Shown here piece by piece: positions 36,694 through 49,668 of a DNA stretch of 64,000 bases. Origin of the DNA: Mobula birostris (lineage: Eukaryota). Numbering within the stretch: position 1 is the stretch's first letter; every line of letters starts with the position of its first letter. Position numbers and translations under genes: made by a program. The notes under the pieces are model-generated. The model saw only the letters and a list, made by a program, of their open reading frames with translations. It had not been told where the DNA came from and ran no database searches. The stretch spans positions 161,922,104 through 161,986,103 of the forward strand of contig NC_092377.1 of the NCBI RefSeq assembly GCF_030028105.1, in the 5' to 3' direction.

Positions 36694-37339
36694 GGAGAAG
36701 ATTGCGGCGTGACACAGCAAGCGTGGCCACTCTGAAATGATTTCGTATTTGTCAGTAGGTACCATGCACAATCCTGATTTGATGGAGACAGACGTGAGAA
36801 GCACGGAGGAACATCTGGAGAAGCTGCTGAAATGCCCGCTTCGCTGCGGCTGCTATTGTGTGATCGAGAATCTCCGGAGGGGAAGGCCCCAAATCCTCGG
36901 CTTTGCCTATTGCCTGTTGCCGGGGCCGGGGTCGAAGTGCTCGGCAGAGATGGTGCTTGGTGTCGGAGGGCTGGTCGGAGGCTCGAAGTTTTCGGACGGA
37001 CTCAAGAGTCGGCTGTGGTCGGGTACTTCCAGGGTGCTGCATCGGCAAGTTTGCGGCGCTGGAAGCTCATGGAAGGGAGAGTTTTTCTTCCTTCTACCGT
37101 CTGCGTAAGATGATGGGACTTTCGAGAGACTTTGAGACATTTTTTTTACCGTGCTCATGGTCTGTTCTTTATCAAATTATGATATTGCTTTGCATGGTTG
37201 TAACTGTATGTTATAATTATGTGGTTTTTGTCAGTTTTTCAGTCTTGGTTTGTCTTGTGTTTCTGTGATATCATTCTGGAGGAACATTGTAAATGACAGT
37301 CAAAGAGGACTGCGTGTCCTCATAATCTAATCTAATCTA
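36694..37339 (+). mobile_element. Non-coding ~645-bp non-autonomous retroelement with (TCTAA)n tail, nested in L1 ORF2
   Basis: Interrupts L1 RT at ..FKIRR|(L)MNIVY; a related copy starts at 63724 (GGAGGAGAAGATGGCGGC). Confidence 0.75.
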
Positions 37340-39489
37340 ATGAATATTGTTTATACTTCTTCACCTAGAACTCCAGAATGCGTCATTTCATTGGATGCTG
37401 AGAAAGCTTTTGATAGAATCGAATGGATATATTTGTTTAATACGCTTGAGAAATTTAATTTTAGTCCGATATTTATATCTTGGATTAAATTGATATACCT
37501 TACTCCTTTGGCTCCGATACTTACCAATAATCAGAGATCTCCCTTTTTTCAGTTATTCCGTGGTACTAGGCGGGGTTGCCCTCAGTCCATTATTATTCGA
37601 CATTGCCCTGGAACCGTTAGCTATTGCTATTTGTGACTCACCTAATATATTTGGTATTACCCGTGGGAATGAGATATATAAATTATCACTATGCAGATGA
37701 TTTACTATTATATATTTCTAACCCTGAGAAAACCATTCCGGCAGTATTATCTCTGTTTACTCAGTTTAGTAGTTTTTCTGGTTACAAATTGAATCTTAGT
37801 AAGAGTGAACTTTTTCCATTAAATATGCAGGTTCCCATTTGTAGCTGTTCACCGTTTAGATTGATTACTGACTATTTTACTTATTTGGGGGTTAAAATTG
37901 CTAAGAGGCATAAGGATTTATTTAAGCTCAATTTTTTACTGTTAATTAGTCAGGTTAAACAATTGCTTACTAAGTGGTCCCCATTGTCTCTATCACTGAT
38001 TGGCCAAATCAATGCTATTAAAATGATTATTCCACCTAAATTTCTATATCTATTTCAAGCAGTACCAATTTTTATTCCTAAATCCTTTTTTGATACTATT
38101 GATTCTAAAATGTCCTCTTATTATATGGCAGAATAAGAATCCCAGGTTAAGTAAAAAATATTTACAGAAGTCCAAGAAAGATGGTGGTTTAGCATTGCGG
38201 AATTTAAGATTCTAATACTGGGCAATTAATATTCGATATTTAATATTTTGGACGCAAGATTGGGATATAATTCTAAGTCCACATTGGGTAAACCTTGAAG
38301 GTTACTCTGTACGAGGGTTTTCATTGGATTCAATTTTAGGAACTTCACTTCCCTTTGTGCTTTCTAAATTGAATAAGCAAATGGTTAATCCAATAATTAA
38401 ACGCACATTATGAATATGGTTCGACTTCCGTAAATTTTTTGGTTTGAACAAATTTATATCATCAAGCCCTATTATATCTAATTTTTTTTCCAACCCTCTG
38501 TTATGGATCAAGCCTTTTTGATATGGAAAAGGAAGGGTATAAACATGTTTCCGTGATTTATTTTTGAATAATGGTTTCATGTCTTTTGAACAGTTGTCTA
38601 ATAAATATAACTTGTCCAGATCCCATTTTTTTAGATATTTACAAATAAGGAACTTTTTAAATACCACGCTACCTACCTTTCCAATTTCATACTCAGCTGA
38701 TATCACAGAAAAAATTTTAGGTTTAAATCCTTATCAGAAGGGATTAATAGCAGCTATTTATGATATAATTATGAAAATACAGCCTGGTATATCTGATAAA
38801 ATTAAAAATGAATGGGAAAGGGAACTTCAACTTCACCTACCTGTAGAGAAATGGGAAAACATTTTTCAATTAGTTAGCTCTTCCTCTATATGTGCTAAAC
38901 ATACGCTGATACAATTCAAGGTAATGCATAGGGCCCACATGTCTAAAGATAAGCTAGTTCATGTTTACTCCCATATAAATCCTATTTGTGACAGATGTCA
39001 CTCTGAAGTGGCTTCTTTGACTCTTATGTTCTGGTCCTGCCCTCTTTTTGAAAAATGTTGGAAAGATATTTTTGATATTATTTCAACAGTTTTGCATTTT
39101 GATTTACAACCCCATCCTATTATGGCAATTTTTGGTTTGCCAATGACGGAACATAGACCTTCATCCTCTTCAGCCTGTCGGATGATCGCATTTGTTACAT
39201 TAATGGCCAGAAGATCTATTTTATTGAATTGGAAAGAGACCAATCCCCCTACTACATTTCAATGGTTTTCCCAAACTATATCATGTTTAAATTTAGAAAA
39301 AATCAGAAGTGTCATTTTTGATCCTTCAGTTAAATTTGAAGAGACTTGGAAGTCATTTATTCAACATCTTCATATGATGTAGTTTGACCTTTTCCGCATC
39401 CTTTTTATTAACTTAGAATATATGAATAGAGGAGCGGAGTTGACGACGTTAATGAATTAATTCGATCTAATAAGATAATAAGAGAAATA

Positions 39490-39805
39490 GATAGAGTGGA
39501 TAGCCAGCGCCGCTTCCCCAGGGCACCACTGCTCAATACGAGAGGACATGGCTTTAAGGTAAGGGGTGGGAAGTTCAAAGGGGATATTAGAGGAAGGTTT
39601 TTTACTCAGAGAGTGGTTGATGCGTGGAATGCACTGCCTGAGTCAGTGGTGGAGGCAGATACACTAGTGAAGTTTAAGAGACTACTAGACAGGTATATGG
39701 AGGAATCTAAGGTGGGGGCTTATATGGGAGGCAGGGTTTGAGGGTCGGCACAACATTGTGGGCCGAAGGGCCTGTACTGTGCTGTACTATTCTATATGTT
39801 CTATG
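39490..39805 (+). mobile_element. CR1 3' fragment nested in the L1 3'UTR
   Basis: [23 protein letters not shown]; TTCTATATGTTCTATG tail. Confidence 0.85.
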
Positions 39806-42589
39806 TAATATATTGATTCAGCCTTGTTCTGTTTGGAGTTTTTTTTGGGTCTAGTAATTTATTTTTTTTTCTTCGCTTTTTTTGTTTTTTTGGAGTTTTT
39901 CTTTGTGATATCCTTTTCTTTTTATTTCTTTTTTCTTCATGATTAATTATATCAAGAGTTTGGAAGTCTATTACACTTGTATTATTTGTAGTTTCTTTTA
40001 TATATATTTATTACCAATAATGTAACTCCAATCTCTTTGTATCACTATTGTTATTATGTTTATAAACTTGAAAACTAATAAAAAGATTTAAAAAAGAAAG
40101 AAAGTAGAAGGATGGTGGAAGTAGATTCAATAACAGGACTTATTTTCAATGGAAAATTTGGTAAAATCTTGAAAGAAGATATGCAAATATGCATGCATGT
40201 TATGGTGAAAGAACAGTCAAATGTGACTACTGTAATGTTCTTTCAGATGGGTGGAACCTCAAATGATGTCATATAATTCTTTTTCCTTCCCTTCCCTATA
40301 GTCTTACTCTGAAAACAAAACAAGAAAAGAATTGACGCACAGGTTAACAGAGGGTAGAACTGAACTGTTGGGTCAAATGTTAACACATAATATTCCCTCA
40401 GGTGCACATTCACGTTTTCAAAGCCCGGAAAGGTATCCTACTTTCTAACAGATGGGATTCCATCTTAATAAACACAAGCAAAAGTCCACACCCATTTATT
40501 CTTTTAAAGTCATTTAACACATAGGGGCTGGTATCAATCATCAGCTTTGGACTTAGTCCCAGAACTTGCATGCCAAGGTTTCATCAGAGATGTTTTTGTG
40601 TGAGACAAAAGTGAGCAACGTAAGCCAATCTCATCATGAGGGAAAGTTTCAGAAAATTGTAACTTGACAGCTCACTGAGGTCTCAGTCTAAAATGTCGAC
40701 TGTACTCGTTTCCATAGATGCTGCCTGGCCTGCTGAGTTCCTCCAGCATTTTGTGTGTGTTGTTTGGTTTTCCAGCATCTGCAGATTTTCTCTTGTTTGT
40801 TACAAAGGTCAGTGACTGCAGTTACTTGAAACATTCCCAGTTGTCAATGCATACCAGAATACCTGTCAGTTGTACTCAAAATACAGGACAATGCTGAGAC
40901 GGAGGTTGACAAGGCAATGAAATAAAACAGAGGCACTGGCATACAGTGATTCTTACAGTTTCCTTCCCAATGTACAGAGACTCAGATTAAGTAGATGCTG
41001 ACATACTCCACTTCCCTTCTGCCATCCGATTCCTAAATGGACATTGAGCCCTTGGACACTACCTCACTTTTTTTAATATACAGTATTTCTGTTTTTATCA
41101 CATTTTTAATATCTATTCAATACATGTAACTGATTTACTTGTTTATTTATTATTATTTGTTTGTTTTATTATTTTTTTCTCTTTCTGCTAAATTATATAT
41201 TGCATTGAACTGCTGCTGCTAAGTTAACAAATTTCAAGTCACATGCCAGTGATAATAAACCTGATTCTGATTCTGACATCGTACAGGTGCTTGAGCATGT
41301 GTTGCTGGGTTGAGATTTGTGCTAGCTGCATGTTTGTAGAGTTACCCCTAAACTTGCCAATCTTTCTTCAGTGTTCATTTTGTGAGAGAGAGGGTGACCA
41401 TTCAGCCTATTTCGTGAATGCTAGCTTTTCTTGGTTCCATTGTCCCCCATTTTCCTGTAATCTATTCTCTGTTCTGTTCCTTGCCATCAATTCCTTTCAA
41501 TTCTCCTGGGTAACATGACCAATTAACCTGCATGTCTTTGGGATATGGAGGAATATGGAGCATAGTCATTAAAACATATAACTACTCAAATCGATAACAA
41601 TTTAGTTTTACTGGGTAGCTACTTTATTTAGAGTTATAACTGAGCTACTCATTGGGTCAAAGTTAACCGAGGTAAAAACTGGACTATGACAAATTGTTCA
41701 TCTACACATCAGCGCAGGACAGAACAACTTTTCGGACTCCCATTCCCACTCATCATCCAGTTACCTGCAGACATTCATTATTTTTCTGAGCTTTACATGC
41801 CTATCCCTGTTCGAGTAGATTGATAAAACCACAATGGAAACTCAAAGCCTCAGCTCAGAGGCAGCATGTCTAGGGAGGTAGGGAAGGGTGAAAAAGGAAA
41901 TGAAGAGAATTCCACTTCCTGTGAAGTGTTCTCCCTGCTCACCATAACAGCTTCAAGATTTAGATACTTCTGCCAATTTTCTCTTATTTTAAATGCAGCG
42001 GAAAAGAGGGGTGTAAGGTTTACCTACCTTCATCTGATGGCTGCTGCATGAACATGGCTAGGTACTAGAGGGACTCGGATAAATCAGGCATTTGTATTCT
42101 TCATCCCTCACTCACTGACACTCACTCTTCATGAATCTGTAAGAAGTGGGCACCATCTTCATCACTGGTGTAGTTGATGCCTTCTGTTAGCACAAATCAG
42201 AATGAATTATTTATCATGGTAAATTACAGTTTAAACAGGAATAAAATATTGGACTGTAATGTTTCTTTAATATTCTCCTATAGTGTTCTTTAATATTCTT
42301 ATGTGCAAAGGATGGTCATAAGAGCTGTCTGTGAGTTCCTAATGTTTCTGTACTGACAAACAGCCTCCATACTTATTTAAAGTACACTGGACTCCATATG
42401 CTCCTCTCTCCTGGGTGTGCCACTGTGTAAATTTTATGATTGCGCAGTCGTTTGGTGAACTTTCCTCTCACTTCCTCCGTTTGCAGATCTTTCCAAAGAT
42501 TACACTCTGGTGACATGGAAATTTGTAAGTTTGAAAATCCGAATTATTTCACTGATAAGAGAAAATCTGTAGATACTGGAAATCAAAGT

Positions 42590-44160
42590 AAGAACATAAG
42601 AAATAGGAGCAGGAGTAGGCCATCTGGCCCACCAAGCCTGTCCCACCATTCAGTAAGATCATGGCTGATCTGTCTGTAAACTCAGCTCCAGCTACCTGCG
42701 TTTTCCCCATAACCCTTAATTCCCTGACTATGTGAAAACCTATCAAACTGTATCTTAAATATTTTTAGTGAAGAAGCCTCAACTGCTTCCCTGGGCAGAG
42801 ACTTCCACAGATTCACCACTCTCTGGGAAAAACAAGTTCTCTCTCATCTCTGTCCTAAATCTTCTCCCCTGAATCCTGAGGCAATGTCCCCTAGTTCTAG
42901 TCTCACCTACCAATGGAAACAACTTTCCAACATCTACCTTATCTATTCCTTTCAAAATTTTGTATGTTTCGATAAGATCCCCTCTCTTTCTTCTGAATTC
43001 CATAGAGTGTAATCCCAGGCGACTCAATCTCTCCTCATAGGTTAAACCCTTCATCCCTGGAATCAACCTGGTGAACCTTTTCTGCACTGTCTCTAAAGCC
43101 AGTATATCCCTCCTCAAGTATGGAGACCAGAACTGCACACTGTACTCCAGGCGCAGCCTCACCAGTACCCTGTATAGTTGCAGCATGACCTCCCTGCTCT
43201 TGAATTCAATCCCTGTAGCAGTGAAGGCCAACATTGCGTTTGCCTTCTTAATAACCTGTTATACCTGCAAGCCAACTTTTTGTGATTCATGAACAAGCAC
43301 TTCCAAGTCCCTCTGGACAACAGCATGCTGCAATCTTTCACCATTTAAATAATAATCTGCTCTTTTATTATTCCTTCCAAAGTGGATGATCTCGCATTTA
43401 CCAACGTTGTATTCCATCTGCCAGACCTTGGCCCACTCACTTAACCTATCTATATCCCTCTGCAGACTCTCCACATCCTCTGTACAATTTGTTTTTCTAC
43501 TCAGTTTGGTGTCATCGGCAAATCTTGCTAGGCTACACTCAGTCCCCTCTTACAAACAGCTGTGGGTCCAGCACCGACACCTGCAGCACCCCACTCAGCA
43601 AGCTTCAGTTATTTCTTGGTTAATCGCCTCTGCCACTGCAATGTTTTTATTAGGTGGCCTATAGACAACACCCACCAGTGATTTTTTTCCCTTTACTATT
43701 CTTAATCTGTACCCAGATGGACTCAACATTCTGCTCTGTAGATCTTATATCGTCTCTCACAATTGCCCTGATCTCATCCCTAATCAAGAGCACCACCCCA
43801 CCTCCTCTGCCTTCCTACCTGTCTTTCTGTATTACCTGATACCCTTGGATATTTAATTCCCAGTCATCTCCACCTTGCAACCACGTTCCTGTAATGGACA
43901 CTAAATCATATGCCTTGGTACCAATCTGTGCCACAAGTTCACTAACCTTGTTTCTAATACTACGGGCATTTAGATAAAGTGCCTTTATACCCATTGTCCT
44001 TTTAGAATCTAGTGACCTCTGTGATTTTTGCTTTTTACTTTTATGCACTCTACTCTTTTTTTCTTCACTATCTCTAGCTTTGGTCTCTGCATCACTTCCC
44101 TCTTCTTTTCTGTGTGAGTTCCCATCCCCCTACCATATTAGGTTAAAGCCTCCCCAACAG
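42590..44160 (-). mobile_element. CR1 LINE, internally deleted, inserted into a Penelope-like element
   Basis: LYLNARSIRNK, LQRDIDRLSEWAKVWQMEYN, LVRLRLEYSVQFWSP. Confidence 0.88.
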
Positions 44161-45730
44161 CACAAGCAGACATAAAATGCTGGGGGATCTCAGCAGAGCA
44201 GGCAGGATCTATGGAGAAGAGTACAGTCGATGTTTCGGGCTGAAACCCTTTGCCAGGACTCGAGAAAAAAAACTGAGGAGTAGATTTAAAAGGTGGGGGG
44301 GGAGAAAGACAAGGTGATAGGTGAAACCTGGATGGGGAGGGATGAAGTAAAGAGCTGGGAAGTTGATTGGTGAAAGAGACACAAGGCCATGGAAGAAAGA
44401 AAAGGGCAGCGGAGCACCAGAGGGAGGTGATAGGCAGGTAAGCAGATAAGGTGAGAGAGAGAAAAGGAGATGGGAAACGGTGAAGGAGACGGGGGGGGGG
44501 GGGGGGGACATTACTGGAAGTTCGAGAAATTGTTATTCATACCATCAGGTTGGAGGCTGCCGAAACAGAATATAAGGTGTTGTGCTCCAACCTGGTGTGG
44601 CCTCATCATGACAGTGGAGGAGGCCATGGATAGACATATTGGAATGGGAATGGGAAGTGGGATTAAAGTGGGTGGCACTGGAAGATCCGGCTTTTTCTGG
44701 TGGACAATGCGAAGGTACTCAGTGAAGCGGTCTCACTGGTATACAAGAGGCCACATTGGAAGCATCGGACACAATATATGACTCCAGCAGACTCACAGTT
44801 GAAGTGTCACCTCACATGGAAGGACTGTTAGAACCTTGTTTGGTAGTGAGGGAGGAGGTGTGGGGGGAGGTGTAGCTCTTGTTCCATTTGCAAGGATAAG
44901 TGCAAGGAGGGAGATCGGTGGGGAGGGATGAATGGTCAAAGGAGTCACGTAGGGAGCAATCCCTGTGGAAAGCAGACAGTTGGGGGGGAGGGGTAGATGT
45001 GTTTGGTGGTGGGATCCAGTTGGAGGTGGTGGAAGTTTTGGAGAATTATGTAGTGAACACAGAGGCTGGTGCGTGGTAGGTGAGGACAAGAGGAACCCTA
45101 TCCCTGGTAGGGTGGTGGGAGTATGGGGTAAGAGCAAAACCTGTGTGAAATGGAAGAGATGCAGTTGAGGGCAGCATTGATGGTACGGGAAGGAAACCCC
45201 CTTTCTTTGAAAAAGGAGGACATCTCCTTCGTTCTAGACTGAAAAGCCTCACCCTGAGAGCAGATGTGTTGTAGACAGAGGAATAGAAAGAAGAGGATGG
45301 CGTTTTTACAAGTAACACGGTGGGAAGATGTACAGTCCAGATAGCTGTGAGAGTCCGTGGGTTTATAATAGACATCAGTGGATAAGCTGTCTCCAGAGAC
45401 AGAGACAGTGGGATCGAGAAAAGGGAGGGAGGTTTCAGAAATGGACCAGTTAAGTTTGAGGGTAGGGTGGAAGTTAAAGGCAATGTGGATGAAATCAATG
45501 AGTTCAACATGGGTGCAAGGAGCAGCACCAGTGCAGTTGTCGATGTAGCGTAGGAAAAGTGCGGGACGGTCACCAGTGCAGGCTTGGAACATAGACTGCT
45601 CTACGTAGCCGACAAACAGACAGACATAGCTAAGACCCATGTGAATGTCCATGGCTACACCTTTTGTTTGAAGGAAGTGGGAGGAGCCAAAGGACAAATT
45701 AGAGTGAGGACAAGTTTCACTATGACAAGT
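44160..45730 (-). mobile_element. Penelope-like element, RT to 3' end
   Basis: GVAMDIHMGLSYVCLFVGYVEQ, LRYIDNC, LPFLD, DVYYKPTDSHSYL (PLE RT motifs). Confidence 0.88.
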
Positions 45731-46399
45731 TTCACGGATGTTATGTTGTAAAAGAATTAAAAATAAAATTCCCCTCTTTACACTTGTTGACAATGTCTTG
45801 ACAGCAATTTGATATTTTGGTGATTTTGAAACTGAGAATCACTTTGTTTTGGAGACAGTACCAGAAGATTCATCTTGTTATATACCAGATATACTGTTTT
45901 TCTCTCATTCCAGCAAGTTCTATTTCATTTTTCTTCCAGGACAAGATCTTCCATAGATGCAACTGATCCAATGAGCATTTGCAATATTTCTTTCCAGAGC
46001 ACCAGTTGCAGGATTACTTTCCTTTGTGTTTCCAGACCATCTCAAATCCAGTAGCTGAATGTCAATAAATCAAGCTGTATTTTGTCTCAAATAGAATTGA
46101 ATCCTCATTACGTAGATGGACAATCAGATCAAGGTTACTGCAGTTGTCTGTTATCATTGGTCTTTGCTGAACAGTTGTTCGGATGGAGCGGTGCTCTGAA
46201 TTCTTCAGCACTTTACAAAGTTCTGGAAATTTTCAGCCAGATTGTGGAGAGAGCAGATGATACAAAGTAAAACCTTGATTGTAAATGGAAAGCAGTTTTC
46301 CCTCAGGATTTACATGAATGTGTGTGTGCCTTCAAGAACATACCAAGTCCTCCCAAACTAGAAGTCCTGGATGAACCAAGAGATTTACAGTCTGCTGAA

Positions 46400-47820
46400 T
46401 GCTACATCTGTGGCATTCAAGACTGACAATCCAGAACCCTACAAGAAGTACTTGTACAACCTAGACAAGAGATTGTGAGAGCAAAAGGCATTTCTGTGTA
46501 AAGTTGGAGATACAATCGGATGTACAACAGCTGTGGCTGGATGAGCTCAACACTTTTATATACATTTTGTCAGAGAGAATAAGACCATATCTGTGGAAAT
46601 CCCCAGGTCATCTGGCAACTCTGTGATTCGTGTCTCAGAAGCCAAAATTAGAACTTCCTTCAAAAGGGTGTACCCTCCTTGCAAGACATTAGGTCCTGAT
46701 TGTGTACCTAACAGGGTACTGAAAATCTGTGCCAGCCAGCTGGCTGGAATGTTCAAGGACATCTTCAACCTCTCACTGCTACAGTCAGAGGTTCCCATCT
46801 GCTCCAAAAGGCATCAGTCACTGACGCACAAGGTTCAAAGTAAGTTTATTGTCAAAGTACATATATGTTACTATATACAACCATGAGATTCATTTTCTTA
46901 TGGGCATTCACAATAAATACAAAGAAACACTACTGAATCAATGAAAAACCGCAAACAACAAGATGAAGAGTCCTTGAAAATGAGTCCATAGAGTGAGAGA
47001 ACAATATTAAGTGGACTGAAGTCGAGTGATGTTATTCTGTCTAGTTCGAGAGCCTGATGGTTGAGGGGTAATAACTGTTCCTAAACCCGGTGGTGTGAAT
47101 CCTGAGGCTCCTGTACCTCTTTCCTGAAGGCAGCAGTGAGAAGAGGGCATAGCCTGAATGGTGGGGTCCTTGCTGATGGATGCTGCTTTCCTGTGACAGC
47201 ACTTCATTTAGATGCGCTCAGTGTTGGGGTGGGCCTTATCCGTGATCTGTGATAGACTGAGCTGTATCTTAAACTTTTTGTAGGCTTTTCTATTGAAGGG
47301 TATTGGTATTTCCATCCCAAGCCGTGATGCAACCAGTCAGTATAATCTCCACCTCAATTTACAGAAGTTTGTCATAATGTTAGGTGACATGTTGAATCAT
47401 CAAAAACTTCTTAGAAAGTAGAGGCGTTGCTGTGCTTCCTTTCTAATGGCACTTGCGTGCTGGACCCAGGACGGATCCTCTGAAATGATAACGCTGAAGA
47501 ATTTGAAGTTTCTGATTCTCTCCACCTCTGATGCCCCAATGACAACTGGCTCATGGACCTCCAGTTACTTCCTTCTGCGATCAATAATTAGCTCCTTGGT
47601 CTTACTGACATTGAGTGAGAGGTGGTTGTTGTTGTGGTACCACTCAGCCAGATTTTCAATCTCTCTCCTACAGTATATGCTAATTCGTCACCATCTTTTA
47701 TTCTGTTAACAATAGAGATGTTGTCAGCAAACTTGCATTGGAGCTGTGCTTAGCCTCACAGTTGTAAGTGTAAAGTGACTAGTGCAGTGGGCTAAGCACA
47801 CAGCCTTGCGGTGCACCAAT
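46400..47820. mobile_element. Decayed Rex1 fragments in both orientations
   Basis: KTLGPDCVPNRVLKICASQLAGMFKDIFNLSL on plus; 3' region on minus at 46830-47820. Confidence 0.75.
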
Positions 47821-49067
47821 ATGAAAATCTGTTAACTCTGCTTCTCGTCCCATAGATCCTCTCCAGCATTTTCTATTTATGTTTCTAAGAATCTACAGAT
47901 ATTTGCTTTTCTCTTTTTGATGCAAAAAAAGATGTTGTACTTCGCTTCAAACCTATTTTCCACACAATGTGCTTTCAATGCTGGAGCTGTGTGCACTAAC
48001 TTCTAACGAGTTGTACTGGAATCCGCTCATTCATCCGATTAAACTGTATCAGCAGGTTCAAGTGTTCACTTTAAATGGCAATATGTCCATCTGTATCATT
48101 GGCCTATCTAAGTCTTCAAAGTTCACTACACACTCAAGTTTGTGTTCCTGTACATTTTGAAATTGTCCCCTTTATTTAAGAAACCTTACTCTTTCAAGGT
48201 TTGACATTGTAAGTAACTATGAGGGAGAATATTTGCTTGGCTTGACGTGCAAAGATGTACCTCGGATGGACAACCAAAATGTTGTATTTATGATGGTTGG
48301 CTATATTTAACTAACATCACTGCAAGGTATGTTAGCTATTCACTTATTGTTCTCTAGTTATAAATTGTCTTGTCCTTTCCTTCATTACTCTAGTGATTAA
48401 CTTTAACCATGCTTCCTTTATGCTCTGTAAAATGAGCTGGGCCACCCAAGGCCAAAAGCTCAAGGCAATGATAAGAAACGTAGCCAGCAGCTAATTAAAG
48501 GGGGCAAAAATAAACAAGTGGCTATGGAAATACTGAAGCATCATTTGCCAATGAGAGATGGGGCTTCTGTACTTGCAAACCCTCCCCCCCACCAGATCAG
48601 AGGTCCATGTGGGCAGGAGGTTTGAAGGTCGGTGATCTTTGAGATACAGCAAGGCCAGAGTTAAAGTCCTGAAGTCTACAGTCCCAACATCTGTGAGGCA
48701 GGCGCTTGAGGCCTGAATTCGGGGTCCTGTCATCAGCATCCAGAGTACAAAGCTTTTGTTTGAGGTACCATCATTGACAAATCATGGGATTGATACTGAT
48801 GATCAAAGCCTGAAAGTCTGGAGGACTGTGTGCGAGTGTGTGCAAGGGAGGGAAGGAAGTGGCTTGTGGGCATGCTATGTTTGTGCTGGAATGTATGGTG
48901 ACACCTGGGGGCTGCCCAGCTTGTCATTAAGTGTGATTTGGTGTGTTGGCGCTTAATGAATACCACGTATTTTAATTTACATACAATAAATCAGTCTGAA
49001 TCTGAGAATATTAAGGTAATATGAAAAATGAAGAGGGGAACTTGTTATTTGAAAATAATATATTTAA

Positions 49068-49525
49068 TCAATCAATGAGAAGGTTTCTCCTCCAGTACAA
49101 CAATAATTTAAATAATAACAATAAATATAGAAATATCATAATTCTGAATTCCAAAACTCAGCACACTTTTTTCACCAATAAATAACTCCAAATGATAAAA
49201 CTTAAATGCAAGCAAATATATAATCAACAAACAAGGTTTCTCCTCCAGTACAGCAATAATTTAAATAATAACAATAAATATAGAAATATCATAATTCTGA
49301 ATTCCAAAACTCAGCACACTTTTTTCACCAATAAATAACTCCAAATGATAAAACTTAAATGCAAGCAAATATATAATCAACAAACAAGGTTTCTCCTCCA
49401 GTACAGCAATAATTTAAATAATAACAATAAATATAGAAATATCATAATTTTGAGTTCCAAAACTCAGCATACCTTTTTCACCAATAAATAACTCCAAATG
49501 ATAAAACATAAGAGCAAGCAAATAT
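49068..49525 (-). repeat. 153-bp tandem triplication in the il1b copy C 3'UTR (AU-rich)
   Basis: aaggtttctcctccagtac starts at 49080, 49233 and 49386; the homologous segment is single-copy in the copy A 3'UTR. Confidence 0.93.
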
Positions 49526-49668
49526 TGCTGCCTATACATCTCAATAATTTGAAGACAGTTCTATCAACTATTAATCATATAAGAGATTCCCTGTACTTAG
49601 TACATACATACGCACTAAACCAACAATTTCTGATTTGAGTTCTGAACAGTACAGAGACTTAAAATGCC

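Larger units (their letters stand above)
36117..40104 (+). mobile_element. 5'-truncated L1-clade LINE upstream of il1b copy A
   Basis: SGKAPGPD, PISLLNVDSKIFSK, SLDAEKAFDRIEW, YADDLL, CDRC..MFWSC zinc knuckle; (GAAA)n tail; TSD TA(A/G)AAGGATGGTG at 36104-36116 and 40105-40117; empty site in unit C at 55141-55153. Confidence 0.92.
28585..40895. repeat. Segmental duplication unit A (paralogous to 48340-55800)
   Basis: Colinear similarity of flanks and introns, e.g. 28590-28790 vs 48340-48540, 35120-36116 vs 54225-55150, 40105-40890 vs 55141-55790. Confidence 0.85.
41280..46145 (-). pseudogene. il1b: il1b copy B, deleted pseudogene (promoter, exon 4 and intron remnants; upstream split by CR1 and Penelope insertions)
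   Basis: 41280-42020 matches introns 5/4 of copy A with exon 5 deleted. The exon 4 homologue at 42028-42183 has TGA and TAG stops and a frameshift. The promoter homologue is at 42320-42550, and upstream homology resumes at 45735-46145. Confidence 0.85.

Noticed and set aside
36737-37268. Overlapping 83-123 aa ORFs in a CpG-rich patch as a gene or CpG-island promoter
   Set aside because: They lie inside a repeated element nested in L1; no recognisable protein.
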